The position numbers and the translations under genes were made by a program. Shown here piece by piece: positions 1 through 13,209 of a stretch of 64,000 nucleotides of DNA. The DNA is taken from the NCBI RefSeq assembly GCF_963506605.1, contig NC_083277.1, positions 7,936,001-8,000,000 on the forward strand, written 5' to 3'. Positions within the stretch are counted from its first letter, which is position 1, and each line of letters starts with the position of its first letter. The DNA comes from Zootoca vivipara. Taxonomy: Eukaryota. Under the pieces are notes generated by a model. The model made no database searches, was not told where the DNA came from, and saw only the letters and a program-made list of their open reading frames with translations.

Positions 1-624
1 GAAGGACGTGTGGATCCAGAATTGGCCTCCACAGTCACTTACAGATTCACTGTTAAGAATGTCAGGCTCTGCAACCTGCCAGACCTTATATTATTGGAAT
101 TCTTCCCAGGACACACACCTCTCACAACGGTCCTGATTTGCACCCCACAGGTTTGTGCCCAGCTAGAATGTGTCCTTGATGTCTGACAATGCTTTTTTCC
201 CTTGGCTGGACAGAGGATAAGAGCAGCGTGTGCAAAAAGCATGAGGGTCTGTGGTGACCAGGAGTGGCCGCCGAGACCATATAACATTGGTCCTGAAAGA
301 CCTACAATGGCTCCCAGTACGTTTCCGAGCACAATTCAAAGTATTGGTGCTGACCTTGAAAGCCCTAAAGGGCCTCAAGTATACCTGAAGGAGCGTCTCC
401 ACCCCCATCGTTCTGCCCGGACACTGAGGTCCAGCGCTGAGGGCCTTCTGACGGTTCCCTCACTGCGAGAAGCCAAGTTACAGGGAACCAGGCAGAGGGC
501 CTTCTCAGTAGTGGCTCCCGCCCTGTGGGGCACCCTCCCATCAGATGTCAAAGAAATGAACAACTATCTGACTTTTAGAAGACATCTGAAGGCAGCCCTG
601 TTTAGGGAATTCTTAATGTTCGAT

Positions 625-785
625 NNNNNNNNNNNNNNNNNNNNNNNNNNNNNNNNNNNNNNNNNNNNNNNNNNNNNNNNNNNNNNNNNNNNNNNNNNNN
701 NNNNNNNNNNNNNNNNNNNNNNNNNNNNNNNNNNNNNNNNNNNNNNNNNNNNNNNNNNNNNNNNNNNNNNNNNNNNNNNNNNNNN
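625..785. other. Assembly gap (N run)
   Basis: 161 N bases. Confidence 0.99.
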
Positions 786-1006
786 CTGCTTTATCACTAC
801 CCGAAGGAGTCTCAAAGCAGCTAATATTCTCCTTTCCCTTCCTCAACCACAACAAACGCTTTGTGAGGTGAGTGAGGCTGAAAGACTTCAAAGAAGTGTG
901 ACTAGCCCAAGGTCACCCAGCAGCTGCATGTGGAGGAGTGGAGACACGAACCCGGTTCCCCGATTACGAGTCTACCGCTCTTAACAACTACACCACACTG
1001 GCTCTC
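786..1006 (-). mobile_element. tRNA-derived MIR/CORE-type SINE (Squam3-like) inserted in the L2 tail
   Basis: Minus strand has a tRNA-like head (tggtgtagttgttaaga..gggttcgtgtctcc) and CORE motif gctgggtgaccttgggctagtcac. The same 3' part occurs at 32427-32583. Confidence 0.7.
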
Positions 1007-1075
1007 TAATATTTTGTTGGGAGCTGCCCAGAGTGGCTGGGGATACCCAGTCAGATGGGTAGGGTATAAATAATA

Positions 1076-1123
<48 letters not shown>

Positions 1124-2313
1124 AACCATGCCTTCAAACAGACAAAGCACCACTCATAGTCGGCGTCAGTCAGCTCCTCAGCTTCACTAGGGGAATCCCA
1201 ATAAGAGGGGAGGGCTCACTGTCTGTGCCAACCAGCTATTTGGAACCTGTGGGCAGAGGCTCCATGCCCCTGCTTTTTGGAGTTACGTTTCTACTCTATT
1301 TCTACCAGGCTGAGAGAATTTTATACGCTGCCTCAGAAAACACCAACTGATTAAACAAACGGAAAAAGCCACAGGAGGAGACCTCCAGACCCAATTACCT
1401 GAGCTGAGGGGAGGGCCATTCCTTCCACTTCATCCCAAAGAAGAGGGGACCTGCGGCACGTCGCTGGTGCTTTTCGACTACCTGCAAAAGTGGCATGGAA
1501 AAGGTAGCAGGAGAAAACATTTTGTTTTTCCCCTTCCAAATGTGTTTGCTCAACTCCTTTTTCAAGCTGGTTCTTGAACTGATTGGAAGCAGCTTGCCCA
1601 TTTTTCAAGCTGCCGAGGAAGGAATGTTTTACTCTGAAGCACATCTGAGTTCTTCGTTAAGTCGTTTTGGGTCCTTTTTATGAGTAAAGCAGATAATAAA
1701 TATAAATAGTTATGACTGAGCAACCACAGAGCAGCTCAGTGCTTGGGACGAACTAGATTGTTGTATGTTGGATATGCGATTGTAAAACTGTAATTTGAAA
1801 ATAATTACTTAATTAATTAATGGGAAACCAAAAAACCTCACAACAGGGAAGTGTTGCTGTTGTGCTCACAGCTCGTGGACTGCCCACAGGGATCTGCTTA
1901 GCCACCTCGAGAACAGGAAGCTGGGCTCGATGCACTTCCTGTGTCCTTTAGGCACCCACCTGCTTCTTTCTCCTGGACAAACTCCTCTTCCTCTTCTTCC
2001 AACCAGGAGATGAGGCGAGGTTGAGGAAACAGAGGCCCTTCTTTGAGGGAAAAGCAGAAGATACATCATTGTTAGGGGTATGTTTTCCGTGGCTCTCTAT
2101 TTAGAACCTGCCAATAAAAACATTCTTGTTTATGTCACTTTTTCCAGGCAAATAAGACAGTTGTCGTGTGTTTCAATCTGGTTTTTAGGGCAGTGTTGGT
2201 TTTAATCATTTTTGGAATGGTTTAAATAGTTGTTGTTTTTTTAGCTATTTTCCTGCTTTATTCTTTCTGTAAACTGCTTTGAGGTTCTTTTTCTTTAACA
2301 TTTCATGTGGTCA

Positions 2314-2514
<201 letters not shown>

Positions 2515-2553
2515 CTATCACACACACAAAATTGTGCGATGTAACATAAGCAG

Positions 2554-3059
2554 TCAAGTACAACACTGTGTGATTTTTTTAATGCAAGGTAAAGCAGCGA
2601 CTGCCACTGAAGCTCTTTCCACATTCGAAACATTTGTAAGGTTTCTCCCCTGCATGAATTCAGTAAGGGCACCGTTGCAACGGAAGCTCTTTCCACACTC
2701 CCAGCATTTATAAGGTTCGCCCCCTCTATGAGTTTGTTGGTGTCTAGTAAGCAGGCTGCTGCGAGTGAAGCTCTTTGCACATTCAAAGCATTTATAAGGT
2801 TTGTCCCCTGTGTGCACTCTTTGATGTGAAGTAAGAGTTGAGCGATAACCAAATCTACTTGCACACACTGTACATTCATACTTTTTCTTCTCTCTGTGAA
2901 TTTGATTTTCACCACCCAGAGACGTACCTGATTTATGTATCCCCTCTTGCCTGCTGCCTCCATCTTGAACCCTCAGCTTCCTTTGCTCCGCCTTCTCTTT
3001 GGATCCTTTTGGTGACACTTCTGATTGTTCCCCTTCTGCCAGCATCCCTTCAACATCTT
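2554..3059 (-). pseudogene. C2H2 zinc-finger exon A1 (2 intact fingers, then frameshift); paralog of A2
   Basis: Acceptor ttttattccatcag ends at 3060. Fingers YECTVCASRFGYRSTLTSHQRVH and YKCFECAKSFTRSSLLTRHQQTH. The third finger is broken by a deletion/frameshift. No KRAB exon was seen upstream. Confidence 0.75.
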
Positions 3060-3107
3060 CTGATGGAATAAAAAGGCAAACTGATAAAATGCTAAAGGAG
3101 CATCTTC

Positions 3108-3265
3108 ACCCCATCATTCAGCCTGGACCCTGAAGTCCAGCTCTGAGGGTCTTCTGGCAGTTCTCTCACTGCACAAAGTGAAGTTACAGAAAACCAAGCA
3201 GAGGGCCTTCTCGGTAGTGGCACCTGCCCTGTGGAACGCCCTCCCATCAGATGTCAAGGAAATAA
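3108..3265 (+). mobile_element. L2 LINE fragment
   Basis: KLQKTKQRAFSVVAPALWNALPSDVKEIN, same family as 250-625. Confidence 0.75.
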
Positions 3266-3867
3266 ATGAGGCCTCAGTCATACTGGACTTTAATGTGGAC
3301 CTGGATTTGTTTGTTTCTCTATTTTTTTTTAACCACTTTTGCCTAGAATGCTCTTGCAGAAACTGCTGTACTTAACAGAAACATTTTTTTTTTTGCCCTT
3401 GCAAGTGTAGCAGTTAGCAAAAGCAAAGTGCAGGAAAGAGAGGAAATCAAACAGCAGCCCTTGATGCAAGCGACTCCAAAATTTTGGTTTGGAGTGACAA
3501 ACATTCATATACAGAACGTTAAGCTTTTCTTTTGATTTGTTCTAGAGTGCCTTTGATTTTTGTATCATACTGTAGATTGCTTTGAGTTTAGTGACTAAAT
3601 GTAAATAGTAATAATAATAATACCGTAATAAACACCTGTCACTTTGGGATTAAGCATTGTATAAATCTCCTAAAGGCAGAAAATTGCAAACAGTACAAAG
3701 GAGGCCTTTTGTTTTTGGTCCCCCATGCGTAGTTGGAAGTGCATATAAATGCTCCCCACCCCTGTTCCCCCTGTCAGCGATTGCACATCAATTGAATGCA
3801 CCTAAGATGGTCACTGCTTGTCCCATGTCCCACGGACCATGTTTTACTCTGAACTATATTATAAGGA

Positions 3868-4220
3868 GGACCCAGGTGGCGCTGTGGGTTAAACCACTGA
3901 GCCTAGGGCTTGCTGATCAGAAGGTCAGCGGTTCGAATCCCTGTGACGGGGTGAGGTCCCGTTGCTTGGTCCCAGCTTCTGCCAACCTAGCAGTTCGAAA
4001 GCACATCAAAATGCAAGTAGATACAGTAAATAGGAACCGCTACAGCGGGAAGGTAAACGGTGTTTCCATGTGCTGCTCTGGTTTGCCAGAAGCAGCTTAG
4101 TCATGCTGGCCACATGACCTGGAAGCTATACGCCGGCTCCCTTGGCCAATAATGCGAGATGAGCGCGCAACCCCAGAGTCGGTCATGACTGGACCTAATG
4201 GTCAGGGGTCCCTTTACCTT
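3868..4220 (+). mobile_element. Sauria SINE, full length
   Basis: A box ggtggcgctgtggg, B box ggttcgaatcc, (ACCTTT) tail, and 13-bp TSD tatattataagga at 3855-3867 and 4221-4233. Confidence 0.9.
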
Positions 4221-4988
4221 TATATTATAAGGAAACATACTAAGAACATTAAGAATAATTGAAACAGACTGTGGGAGAAATGTCAAATTGCCAGCATCAA
4301 CTGCAGACTTCTGCTATTTATACAATAACAACGCAGAAATGAAGCTCAGAGTAAGCTTAAATGACAGTAAGACTAACGCTTTTGGAACATTGTGAGGAGT
4401 GAAGCAAGGCTGCATTCTGGCTTCCACTCATTTCCACTTCTATATTAATCATTTGGTTCCATGTTTAGGCAATGCAAACTCCCCATGTGCAGTAATTAGG
4501 AACAGAAATAACTCAATCTTGATGTATGCCGGTGATTTAGTATTCCGCTCACTTTTCTGATCGGGCCTCAAAAATAACTTGGAGGTGTCCAGCACATAGT
4601 GTAATCAAGAAAGTCTGCTGATAAATTAACATAAGGCCGAGATTATGATTTTCTAGCCAACAAGAGTATAAATGGTGCTTAGATCAGCAAGCTACAGAAC
4701 ACACTTGCTCATTTAGGTACCTTTATTGAAAGCCTCTCTTGGAACTGTCATGTGGAGGCAGTGAAAGTAAAAGCACATAAAACTACTGTGGCACAGAAAA
4801 CTGAAAAGGAATTTTGGCATGAAGATGTCTTAAATGTGCAGCTCTGGTTCTTTAAATGGCAAGTGTGCAAGTAATGGGGCTGGATATGTCTTAGCCCCAA
4901 ATAAGAGTGTTAAGACTGTCAAATCTGCAGTCAAGAGCAAAGGACATTCTGTGGCAGCCCTTCAAGTTCCCTAGGAAGGGAAACTTAC

Positions 4989-5340
4989 CATTTAAGGATG
5001 ATGCATTCAAGTCTCCCGCTTCCCCACCCAGGAGATGAAGACCTTTCCCCGTCGCCTCTTAGTTGGCCCCAGGAGGGACGTGGCTCCATCCCTTTTGTGA
5101 GCTCTTCCTCCCGTCGTGCCCCTCCCTCTTGCCCCCCAATTCCGCCCCTGGATTGGCCGACTCCCCCCAGTTACCCGCCTCCAGGGAGGACAGCCGCCGC
5201 CACGCCCAGCATCTCCCCGGGAAGTTGAACAGAAAGCGGAAGCTCCTCCTCTCTCGCCAGTCTTTCCTTCCGCTCTAGGAATCTAAGCTCTGTCGCCTCT
5301 GTTAACCGCTTCGGAGCCGCGCGGCAGGAGTCTCTGGAGG
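4989..5340 (-). promoter_or_regulatory. GC/CpG-rich putative promoter/first exon of ZNF A1; paralog of 14050-14370
   Basis: CpG-rich with GC box ccgccc and ETS-like gcggaag. Minus-strand donor G|gtaagt at 4988. Clearly similar to 14050-14370. Confidence 0.55.
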
Positions 5341-5726
5341 AGAGGAAGGAGAGGCGCCCGGCTGGTCTCTAGCTCTGAAGCAGGAGGGGGAAGCCCTGCA
5401 GGATCACCCCAGGGTAGCATCCTACCCTCCCGCAGGTGCTCCAAGCAGAATCCGAGTTCAAGAGCAGCTTTATCCTCACCTTTAGAATTATATTTATTTA
5501 TATCCCGCCTTTCCCCAAGACCTAGAGTCAAGGCGGCTTACAAAGGGATAGCCGTCGAATATAAATTCTAAAAGGCAAGCGGCATTAAGAGGGGAGGAAC
5601 TGCAAACGTTTCAAAGATCCTGGTTGAAATCAGAATTAGAAAAAAATTAAAAGATGCACTTTTTTGTGAAATCAGCTGAGAAGAGAGGTCCAGCGGCTGT
5701 AAAAAGATGTGTTCTTTTATTATTAT

Positions 5727-5757
<31 letters not shown>

Positions 5758-6469
5758 TACTTATACCCCGCCCAATACCTGACAGAATCTCAAGTTTGGA
5801 TCGGCTGTATTCGTACAGCTGTGTTTCGTACGTTCCCATCGATTTGATTGTTGTAATTGGTATTGATGTTAATGTAGTGTTCTAAGTCGCCTTGAATCGC
5901 TTTTGTGAGCAAGGTGACTAATTAATATGAATAATGATGGTGGTGATAATTAGAGATGTAAAATTTCCAGAAATTTTGAAGCCATGGGGGGGATCCCCCC
6001 CCCGTTTTTTTCCGGGGGAAATGAAAATTTTGGAAAAATTGGGAGAAAAGGTTCAGTGTGGAGTGCTTTCACAAATTGCATGAAACACAGTGTAAATATT
6101 ATGCTTTCAATAAAACAGGTAACCACCCCCCTTTCCCTCATAAGCAACCAAAAAAAAGCAAGAAACCATCAACATAAATAATAATCAGATTTGCCCCTTA
6201 GCACCAACAGCAAATAAAGTTGATGTTAAGGTTTATTCTATCTCATTTTCTGAACCACTACTATCATTTTCCATTTATTCTTCCTCTTCCTTTTTGTCAT
6301 TTTTCTAATGGACTTCTAAAAAATGGCTTTGGGGGGAACGGGTGTGTGTGAACCCTGCCCCCCCCATTATTCCAGTTTCCCCCCCAGGCCTTTCCATCTC
6401 TACTTGAGGACAGCCAGGGCAAAGCCACATCAATATTTAAGCTCCATAGAAGGTCTACAATTGGGTAGT

Positions 6470-8350
6470 GCTAAGAAAATCCCCTTCATGGACCACTGCC
6501 TTGTCGTGGCGAAGGGGCTTAAATAACTTAGAGAAGTTATGTTTTGACCAAACGTGATCCACCTGGAGAAGGAATTGGCAAGCCACTCCAGTATCCCTGC
6601 CAAGAAAACTCTATGGACAAAGACAACAGGCATATAAAAGTTATGACGCTGGAAGATGAGCCCCTCAGGTCGGAAGGCGTCCAACATGCTACTGAGGAAG
6701 AGCGGAGGACAAGTACAAGTAGATTCAGAGCTGATGAAGCGGCTGGGCCAAAGCCGAAAGGTCGCTCAGTTGCGGATATGCCTGGAAGCGAAAGGAAAGT
6801 CCGATGCTGTAAAGAAAAATATTGCATAGGAACCTGGAATGTAAGAACCATGAACCCTGGTAAGCTGGATGTGGTGAAAAATGAGAAAGTAGGAAAAACC
6901 ACAAATAGAAATAGAAGGGGAAGAAATGGAGGTAGTGATTTTACTTTCTTGGGCTCGTTGATCACTGCAGATGGTGACAGCAGTCACGAAATTAAAAGAC
7001 GCCTGCTTCTTGGGAGAAAAGTAATGACAAACCTAGACAGCATCTTAAAAAGCAGAGACATCACCTTGCCTACAAAGGTCCGTATAGTTAAAGCTATGGT
7101 TTTCCCAGTAGTGATGTATGGAAGTGAGAGTTGGACCATAAAGAAGGCTGATCGCCGAAGAATTGATGCTTTTGAATTATGGTGCTGGAGGAGACTCTTG
7201 AGAGTCCCATGGACTGCAAGAAGATCAAACCTATCCATTCTTCAGGAAATCAGCCCTGAGTGCTCACTGGAAGGACAGATCGTGAAGCTGAGGCTCCAAT
7301 ACTTTGGCCACCTCATGAGAAGAGAAGACTCCCTGGAAAAGACCCTGATGTTGGGAAAGATTGAGGGCACTAGGAGAAGGGGACGACAGAGGATGAGATG
7401 GTTGGACAGTGTTCTCGAAGCTACGGACATGAGTTTGACCAAACTGCGGGAGGCAGTGCAAGACAGGAGTGCCTGGCGTGCTATGGTCCATGGGGTCACG
7501 AAGAGTCGGACACGACTAAACGACTAAACAACAACAACAAAAGGAAAAACCACTGGGCCAGTAAGATACAATCTAAATCAAATCCCTTATGAATACACAG
7601 TGGAAGTGAGGAACAGGTTTAAGGATTTAGATTTGGTGGACAGAATGCCTGAAGAACTATGGATGGAGGCTCGTAACATTATACAGGAGGCAGCAACGAA
7701 AACCATCCCAAGGAAAAGGAAATGCAAGAAAGCAAAATGGCTGTCCAACGAGGCCTTACAAATAGCGGAGGAGAGGAGGCAAGCAAAATGCAAGGGAGAT
7801 AGGGAAAGATACAGGAAACTGAATGCAGATTTCCAAAAAATAGCAAGGAGAGACAAGAGGGTCTTCTTAAATGAGCAATGCAAAGAAATAGAGGAAAACA
7901 ATAGAATGGGGAAAACCAGAGATCTGTTCAAGAAAATTGGAGATATGAAAGGAACATTTCGTACAAAGATTACCATAATAAAGGACAAAAGTGGTAAGGA
8001 CCTAACAGAAGCAGAAGACATCAAGAAGAGGTGGCAAGAATACACAGAGGAATTATACCAGAAAGATATGGAGGTCTCGTACACCTCAGGTAGTGTGGTT
8101 GCTGACCTTGAGCCAGACATCTTGGAGAGTGAAGTCAAATGGGCCTTAGAAAGCATTGCTAATAACAAGGCCAGTGGAAGTGATGGTATTCCAGCTGAAC
8201 TATTTAAAATTTTAAAAGATGATGCTGTTAAGGTGCTACACCCAATATGCCAGCAAGCTTGGAAAACTCAGCAATGGCCAGAGGACTTGAGAAGATCAGT
8301 CCCATCACCTCCTGGCAAATAGAAGGGGAAGAAATGGAGGCAGTAAGAGA
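6470..8350 (+). mobile_element. BovB (RTE) LINE composite: internally deleted copy containing a 3'-end segment at 6903-7541
   Basis: 5' motif ggaccactgccttgtcgtggcgaagggg; endonuclease start IGTWNVRTMN; linker/RT segment (ORF 7600-8322); C-terminus ..VHGVTKSRTRLND + (CAA)n. Direct repeat aggaaaaaccac at 6891-6902 and 7542-7553. Confidence 0.92.
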
Positions 8351-8605
8351 GTAAAATACAGCATCTTTTATTTAAAAAAACCAGTATCAGCCTATATCAC
8401 ACACACGCACACAAAAGTTTTTATTTAGATTTTGGGGCAGCAACAGCAAATCTCATAACTTGGTGTCACAAATTTCTCAAACCAGACAATAAATATGTGA
8501 CTTTCAGCTGATCATCCGCATCAGGTATATTACATAACAAATCAAGGATAAACTTGGTTCAGAAAAGATGCTGTTCTGAAAGAATTTTTTAGTGTCCCTC
8601 TAAAT

Positions 8606-10078
8606 CAGGGGTGTCAAACTCAAATTCATCGGGTGCCGCATCAGCAGTTTGGTCACCCTCAAAGGGCTGGTTGTGTCTGTAGGACTATGTGTCCACTCTT
8701 TATTATCATAAATTATTGTCACTGCATTCAATTATTACTTTTTGTAATAATGTAAGCTCATTCCCGCCCCCACGCGGATCACATTCCTGCGTCGTGGCGC
8801 GTGTGTGGGAGGGGATGTAAACGAGGGAAATTTGAACAAAAGGTGGGGATCAACGGCTTCCGGGGGGGGGGGGCTCAACTAAACCTTCGGCAGGAAGGAG
8901 AAAGCCACTGCTGGGATTAAAAACCTGCAGATGGAAAGAGGGCTTCCCTCTCCCGCCCTGCGCACACCCAAACCCCGCTAGGCAGGATGCCACACGCTGC
9001 AACCCACCCCATGCTTTGGAGAGGGGCAGGAACATGCGGTGCAGCACCAACTCCCTGCTTTGCTTTTGCATCCTCCCTCCTCAGCGCCAGAGTCCCTTCC
9101 CCTCGCGCTGAGGGAGGGCAGCGGATTTCCTGAGGAGGAAGGCGGCGGCAGCCCCAGCGGACGTGCATCTTCGCCTCAGAGCTGCTCTTCCCCCCACCCG
9201 CGCTGTTGTCGTCTTCGCCGCCGCCTCTCCCTACCGGGACTGCAGGCAGAGGAGGCTTGAAAACCTCCCCCCCCAAAAAAAATTCCCCTCCCACCTACTC
9301 AAACCGCGAGGCGACTCCATCTGGAGCCCTACATCACGAGGGGCTGAGAGGAGGCGGCGACAGAGCGGGAAGAGCAGGAACCCGTGCCGTCGTTGCCGCC
9401 TCCCTCCCGGCCGCCCCCCAGGGAGCAGCTCCACCGGAACTGAGAAGCCAAAGGGCGGCTCGGGGGTGGGGGGCAGAGCAAAAGCCAGGCACCCTCCCGA
9501 GTGTCTATGAGGAGAAAACGGGGGAAGAGGGAAGAGAAACCCGGCTCCATCAAGAGAGCGACTGTTGCGCTTCGCCTACTTCCCCCTCAGGCTCACTCCG
9601 CGTCCCTTTCGCCCGCTCGCTCGCCCACCTCCCGGATGCAGCCGAGTAGAGAAAGGGAAGCGGCGGGCGGCGGCTCCCCAGTGCCGCCTCACTCGCTCTC
9701 GGAGACAACAGCAAAGCCTGCAAAAAAAAAATCCAGCGCTGCTCCGTCCCGGCACCAACTTTGCCGGCAGCGCCTGTAGGGCTTTCCTACCTCCTCGGCG
9801 GGCTTCCTCCTCCTCCTCCTGCATCTCACTTCCCCGTCTGGCCGCTGTGCCACCGCCTCCCTCAGCCTCATTCGAAATTGAAATTCCCTGGCCAAGGCAA
9901 TCAGCGCGGCTCCACCGCCCCGGCCTCCGCCTGCAGCCCCGCCCCCGGTTTTGACCCTCGGCCTATCGCAGGCTCCAGAACTACTGTCAGCGGTTATTGT
10001 CGGCGGCGGCTACGCAGGCCACATGACGAGGTCTGGCGGGCCGGATTAGGCCCCTGGGCCTTGTGTTTGACACCCGTG
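8606..10078. mobile_element. Non-autonomous hAT (Charlie-like) element, 1473 bp, with CpG-rich interior
   Basis: TIRs caggggtgtcaaac / gtttgacacccgtg; perfect 8-bp TSD ctctaaat at 8598-8605 and 10079-10086; no transposase ORF. Confidence 0.85.
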
Positions 10079-10269
10079 CTCTAAATATTCTGAGCATATA
10101 GTCTGAAAACAAGTCATAAATGCTTGACTAAATGAACATATTGGTAAATCAGAGAGAAAATCCTCAAGTTCATGTCTTATTTTAATTAAATACCAATGTG
10201 GGGCAGTGTTTGAAATTAGCCAGGCGCCAGACACATTTTGCACCTGGCTACTGGCGACTTATCACTAGA

Positions 10270-10502
<233 letters not shown>

Positions 10503-11542
10503 TTATAAGGATTCTCCCATGTGAATTCTATGATGCACGTTAAGAGAGTAGCTGCGAGTGAAGCTCTTTCCACACTCCATGCATTTATAAGGTTTCTCTC
10601 CTGTATGAGTTATCTGATGTCTAGTAAGGTGGCTTCTGCAGCTGAAGCTATTTCCACACTCCATGCATTTATAAGGTCTGTCCCCTGTGTGAATTCTCTT
10701 ATGTGCATGAACGGTGCTCTGGGAACTGAAGCTTTTTCCACATTCCAAACATTGATACGGTTTCTCCCCTGTATGAGTTCTTTGATGCACATTACGGGCG
10801 GCACTCTGACTGAAGCTCTTTCCACACTCCATGCATTTAAATGGTTTTTCCCCCGTGTGAATTCTTTGATGTTTAGTAAGGCTACTAGGGTCACATAAAC
10901 TCTTTCCACATTCAGAGCATTTATAAGGAGTCTCCCCTGTGTGAATTATATGATGCAAGTTAAGGGAGTGGCTGAACTTGAAGCTCATTCCACACTCAAA
11001 GCACTTATATGGCTTCTTTCCTGTGTGAATTATATGATGCATGTTAAGGGAGTTGCTGCAATTGAAGCTCTTTCCACACTCAAAGCACTTATGTGTCTTC
11101 TCCCCTGTGTGAATTCTATGATGCACATTAAGGTAGTAGCTGCTACTGAAACTTTTTCCACACTCCATGCATTTATAAGGTTTCTCCCTTGTATGAGTTA
11201 TCTGATGTCTAGTAAGGTGGCTTCTACAACTGAAGCTCTTTCCACACTCCATGCATTCATAAGGTTCTTCACCTGAGTGTAGTCTTTGATGTGCAGTAAG
11301 AGTTGAGCGTCTACAGAATCTCTTTCCGCACGTAGTACATTCATGTTTTTCCCCCACTCTGTGAATTTGATTTTCATCTACTTGAGAAGCACTGTGTTTA
11401 TCCCTTGGCTTCACTGTTTCTCTCCCCTCTTGTTTGTTGGCTCCATCTTGAATCTCCAATTTCCTTTCCTTCTCTTGTTCCTCGGCTCTTTCTGGCCAGA
11501 CTTCTGATGGTTCCTCCTCATCCAGGATCCCCCAAACATCTC
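10503..11542 (-). CDS. KRAB-ZNF gene A2, last exon, 10 C2H2 fingers
   Basis: Acceptor tttttattccatcag|GA, phase 1 and in frame with the KRAB exon. Ten CxxC..HxxxH fingers with TGEKPY-type linkers. The stop arises from a deletion inside the array. Confidence 0.85.
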
Positions 11543-12212
11543 CTGATGGAATAAAAATTAAAAAATAAAGGTTGATGCAGCTGTTTCTTTTTCAAAACTT
11601 AAGGGCTGGCACTATGTCAAAGGCGTTTTATATAAAAAAATATGGTGTTATACCTTGTTTTAATAAAATACCACCATTTAATCAATGGTTATTCATATCA
11701 GAAAAGTTCTGCTGAGCAGTCCTTAAGATTAACCAAGTCCGAGCCATAAATAACACAAATTACACCAGCAGACGATCAACATCAACAGAGCCAGCCTGCC
11801 TGCCTGCCTATGGGCCTGTGTGAGGCAGCTGCCTCAGGTGTCACTCCCAAAGGGGTGTCACTGCTCAGCTTTGCTGCTGGTCTCCCCGGCCTCCAGGGGC
11901 AAAGCTGGCAGCAAAGCTCTGTGGGTCCCCTCCCCTCCCGCCAGGTCCAGAAAAGAATCTTCCCCAAGAGGGCAGACATTCCACGACTCAGCTTTGTCAG
12001 GATAATACAGTATCTTAACTCAGAGCAGCTTGAAATGTCTAGATCTGCAGAGCTTGTTGAAAAACCAAAAGGAATAATAACAATAATAGCATTTATTTTA
12101 TTTATATCCTGCCCATCTGGCTGGGTTTCCCAAGCCACTCTGGGTGGTTTATAGCATATATAAAAATTCAACCAAGCATCAAACATTAAGAAACAGAATA
12201 CAATATCCTATA

Positions 12213-12506
12213 CAGTGGTCCCTCGACTTATGAACTACTCGACATCCGTATTTTTCGACTTACGAATGGAAAAAGTGGTCGCACGCTTACGAATTTTTCA
12301 AAATCCGAATGAAAACGGTTGGCGGTTTTAGATGCGGTTTCCTCAATTTACTAATTTTTAGATGCGGTTTCCTCGACTTACAAAATTTTCCGATTCCCCC
12401 TCCCCCCCGAAAACTGCTTCTCCCATGGCACTTTTCGACTTACGAATTTTTCGACCTACAACTGTGCATTCGGAACGGATTAAATTCGTAAGTCGAGGGA
12501 CCACTG
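12213..12506. mobile_element. Tigger/pogo-type MITE
   Basis: TIRs cagtggtccctcgactta / taagtcgagggaccactg with TA TSD; same family as 56605-56900. Confidence 0.88.
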
Positions 12507-13094
12507 TACATGCAACAAACAAACCAATACATCAATAGAAACCAATAACAATAACAAGTTACCAATAACAAGATACTCAAGTATTCTACAAATTAGGCTC
12601 CCCCACATAAAAGATTTTTAGTATGCTTTTTCTACCATTCTCCACGCTAGATTGCCACAATGCATGAAATATCGGGCTGCTTTAGAAGACCGTTCAGAAA
12701 CGAGAGTGCTGACCAGTACAAGATGCTCTGAGTATATGAAACCTTTTCTGGGTGACTGTCTTCAACTCAAGGTGCTGATTTTGACCTATGCAGCTCAATG
12801 ACTGCTTCTCATGAATCCACCTGGAGCCTGCATTCATCATCTGAGGTCCTTCTCACAGTGCCCTCTCCAATTGAGGTGCAAAGAGAGGCAATACAAGACT
12901 GGGTCTTTTAGTGCTGTCTCCCCACCTAAACAATAGTCTCCCCCAGGGAGGCAACCCAGAAGCCATCACTGGCCTTTAACTTGGGAGAAATACAGGCATT
13001 GCGACGTCCTTTAGCAAGCTGATGGAAGGCACTCCGAGCCACTGAAGTATCCACACCTTCCATAACTATTAATGAAGGTGAAAAGGATCCTTAC

Positions 13095-13209
13095 CCTGAG
13101 AGGTCACCATCTCATGAACCTCCACCATGACTTCCTTGTACAGAGCTCTCTGTAGGGCCCAGTTGTCGTCAGTGAAATGCAAGGACACCTCCTCAAAGCT
13201 CACTGATCC
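13095..13209 (-). CDS. KRAB-A exon of gene A2 (12-nt in-frame deletion)
   Basis: ttccag|GSVSFEEVSLHFTDDNWAL----QRALYKEVMVEVHEMVTSQ|gtaagg. 115 nt versus 127 nt for the intact copy at 55006-55132. Confidence 0.85.

Larger units (their letters stand above)
250..1075 (+). mobile_element. L2 LINE 3' fragment (ORF2 C-terminus + 3' tail), interrupted by an N-gap and a SINE
   Basis: Encodes YLKERLHPHRSARTLRSS..RAFSVVAPALW..FRRHLKAALF. Tail ggagctgcccagagtggctgggg..gggtataaataa is followed by (ATT)n. The same family recurs several times in the window. Confidence 0.85.

Noticed and set aside
3868-3945. tRNA-like A/B boxes (also ~940-1006, ~25070-25275, ~33700)
   Set aside because: SINE heads, not cloverleaf tRNA genes.
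6544-7527. 327-aa ORF as a host or domesticated gene
   Set aside because: Chance in-frame fusion of BovB pieces lacking the endonuclease and RT cores.
8850-10084. Many overlapping Pro/Arg/Gly-rich ORFs
   Set aside because: Stop-poor GC-rich sequence inside a hAT element; no recognisable protein or transposase.
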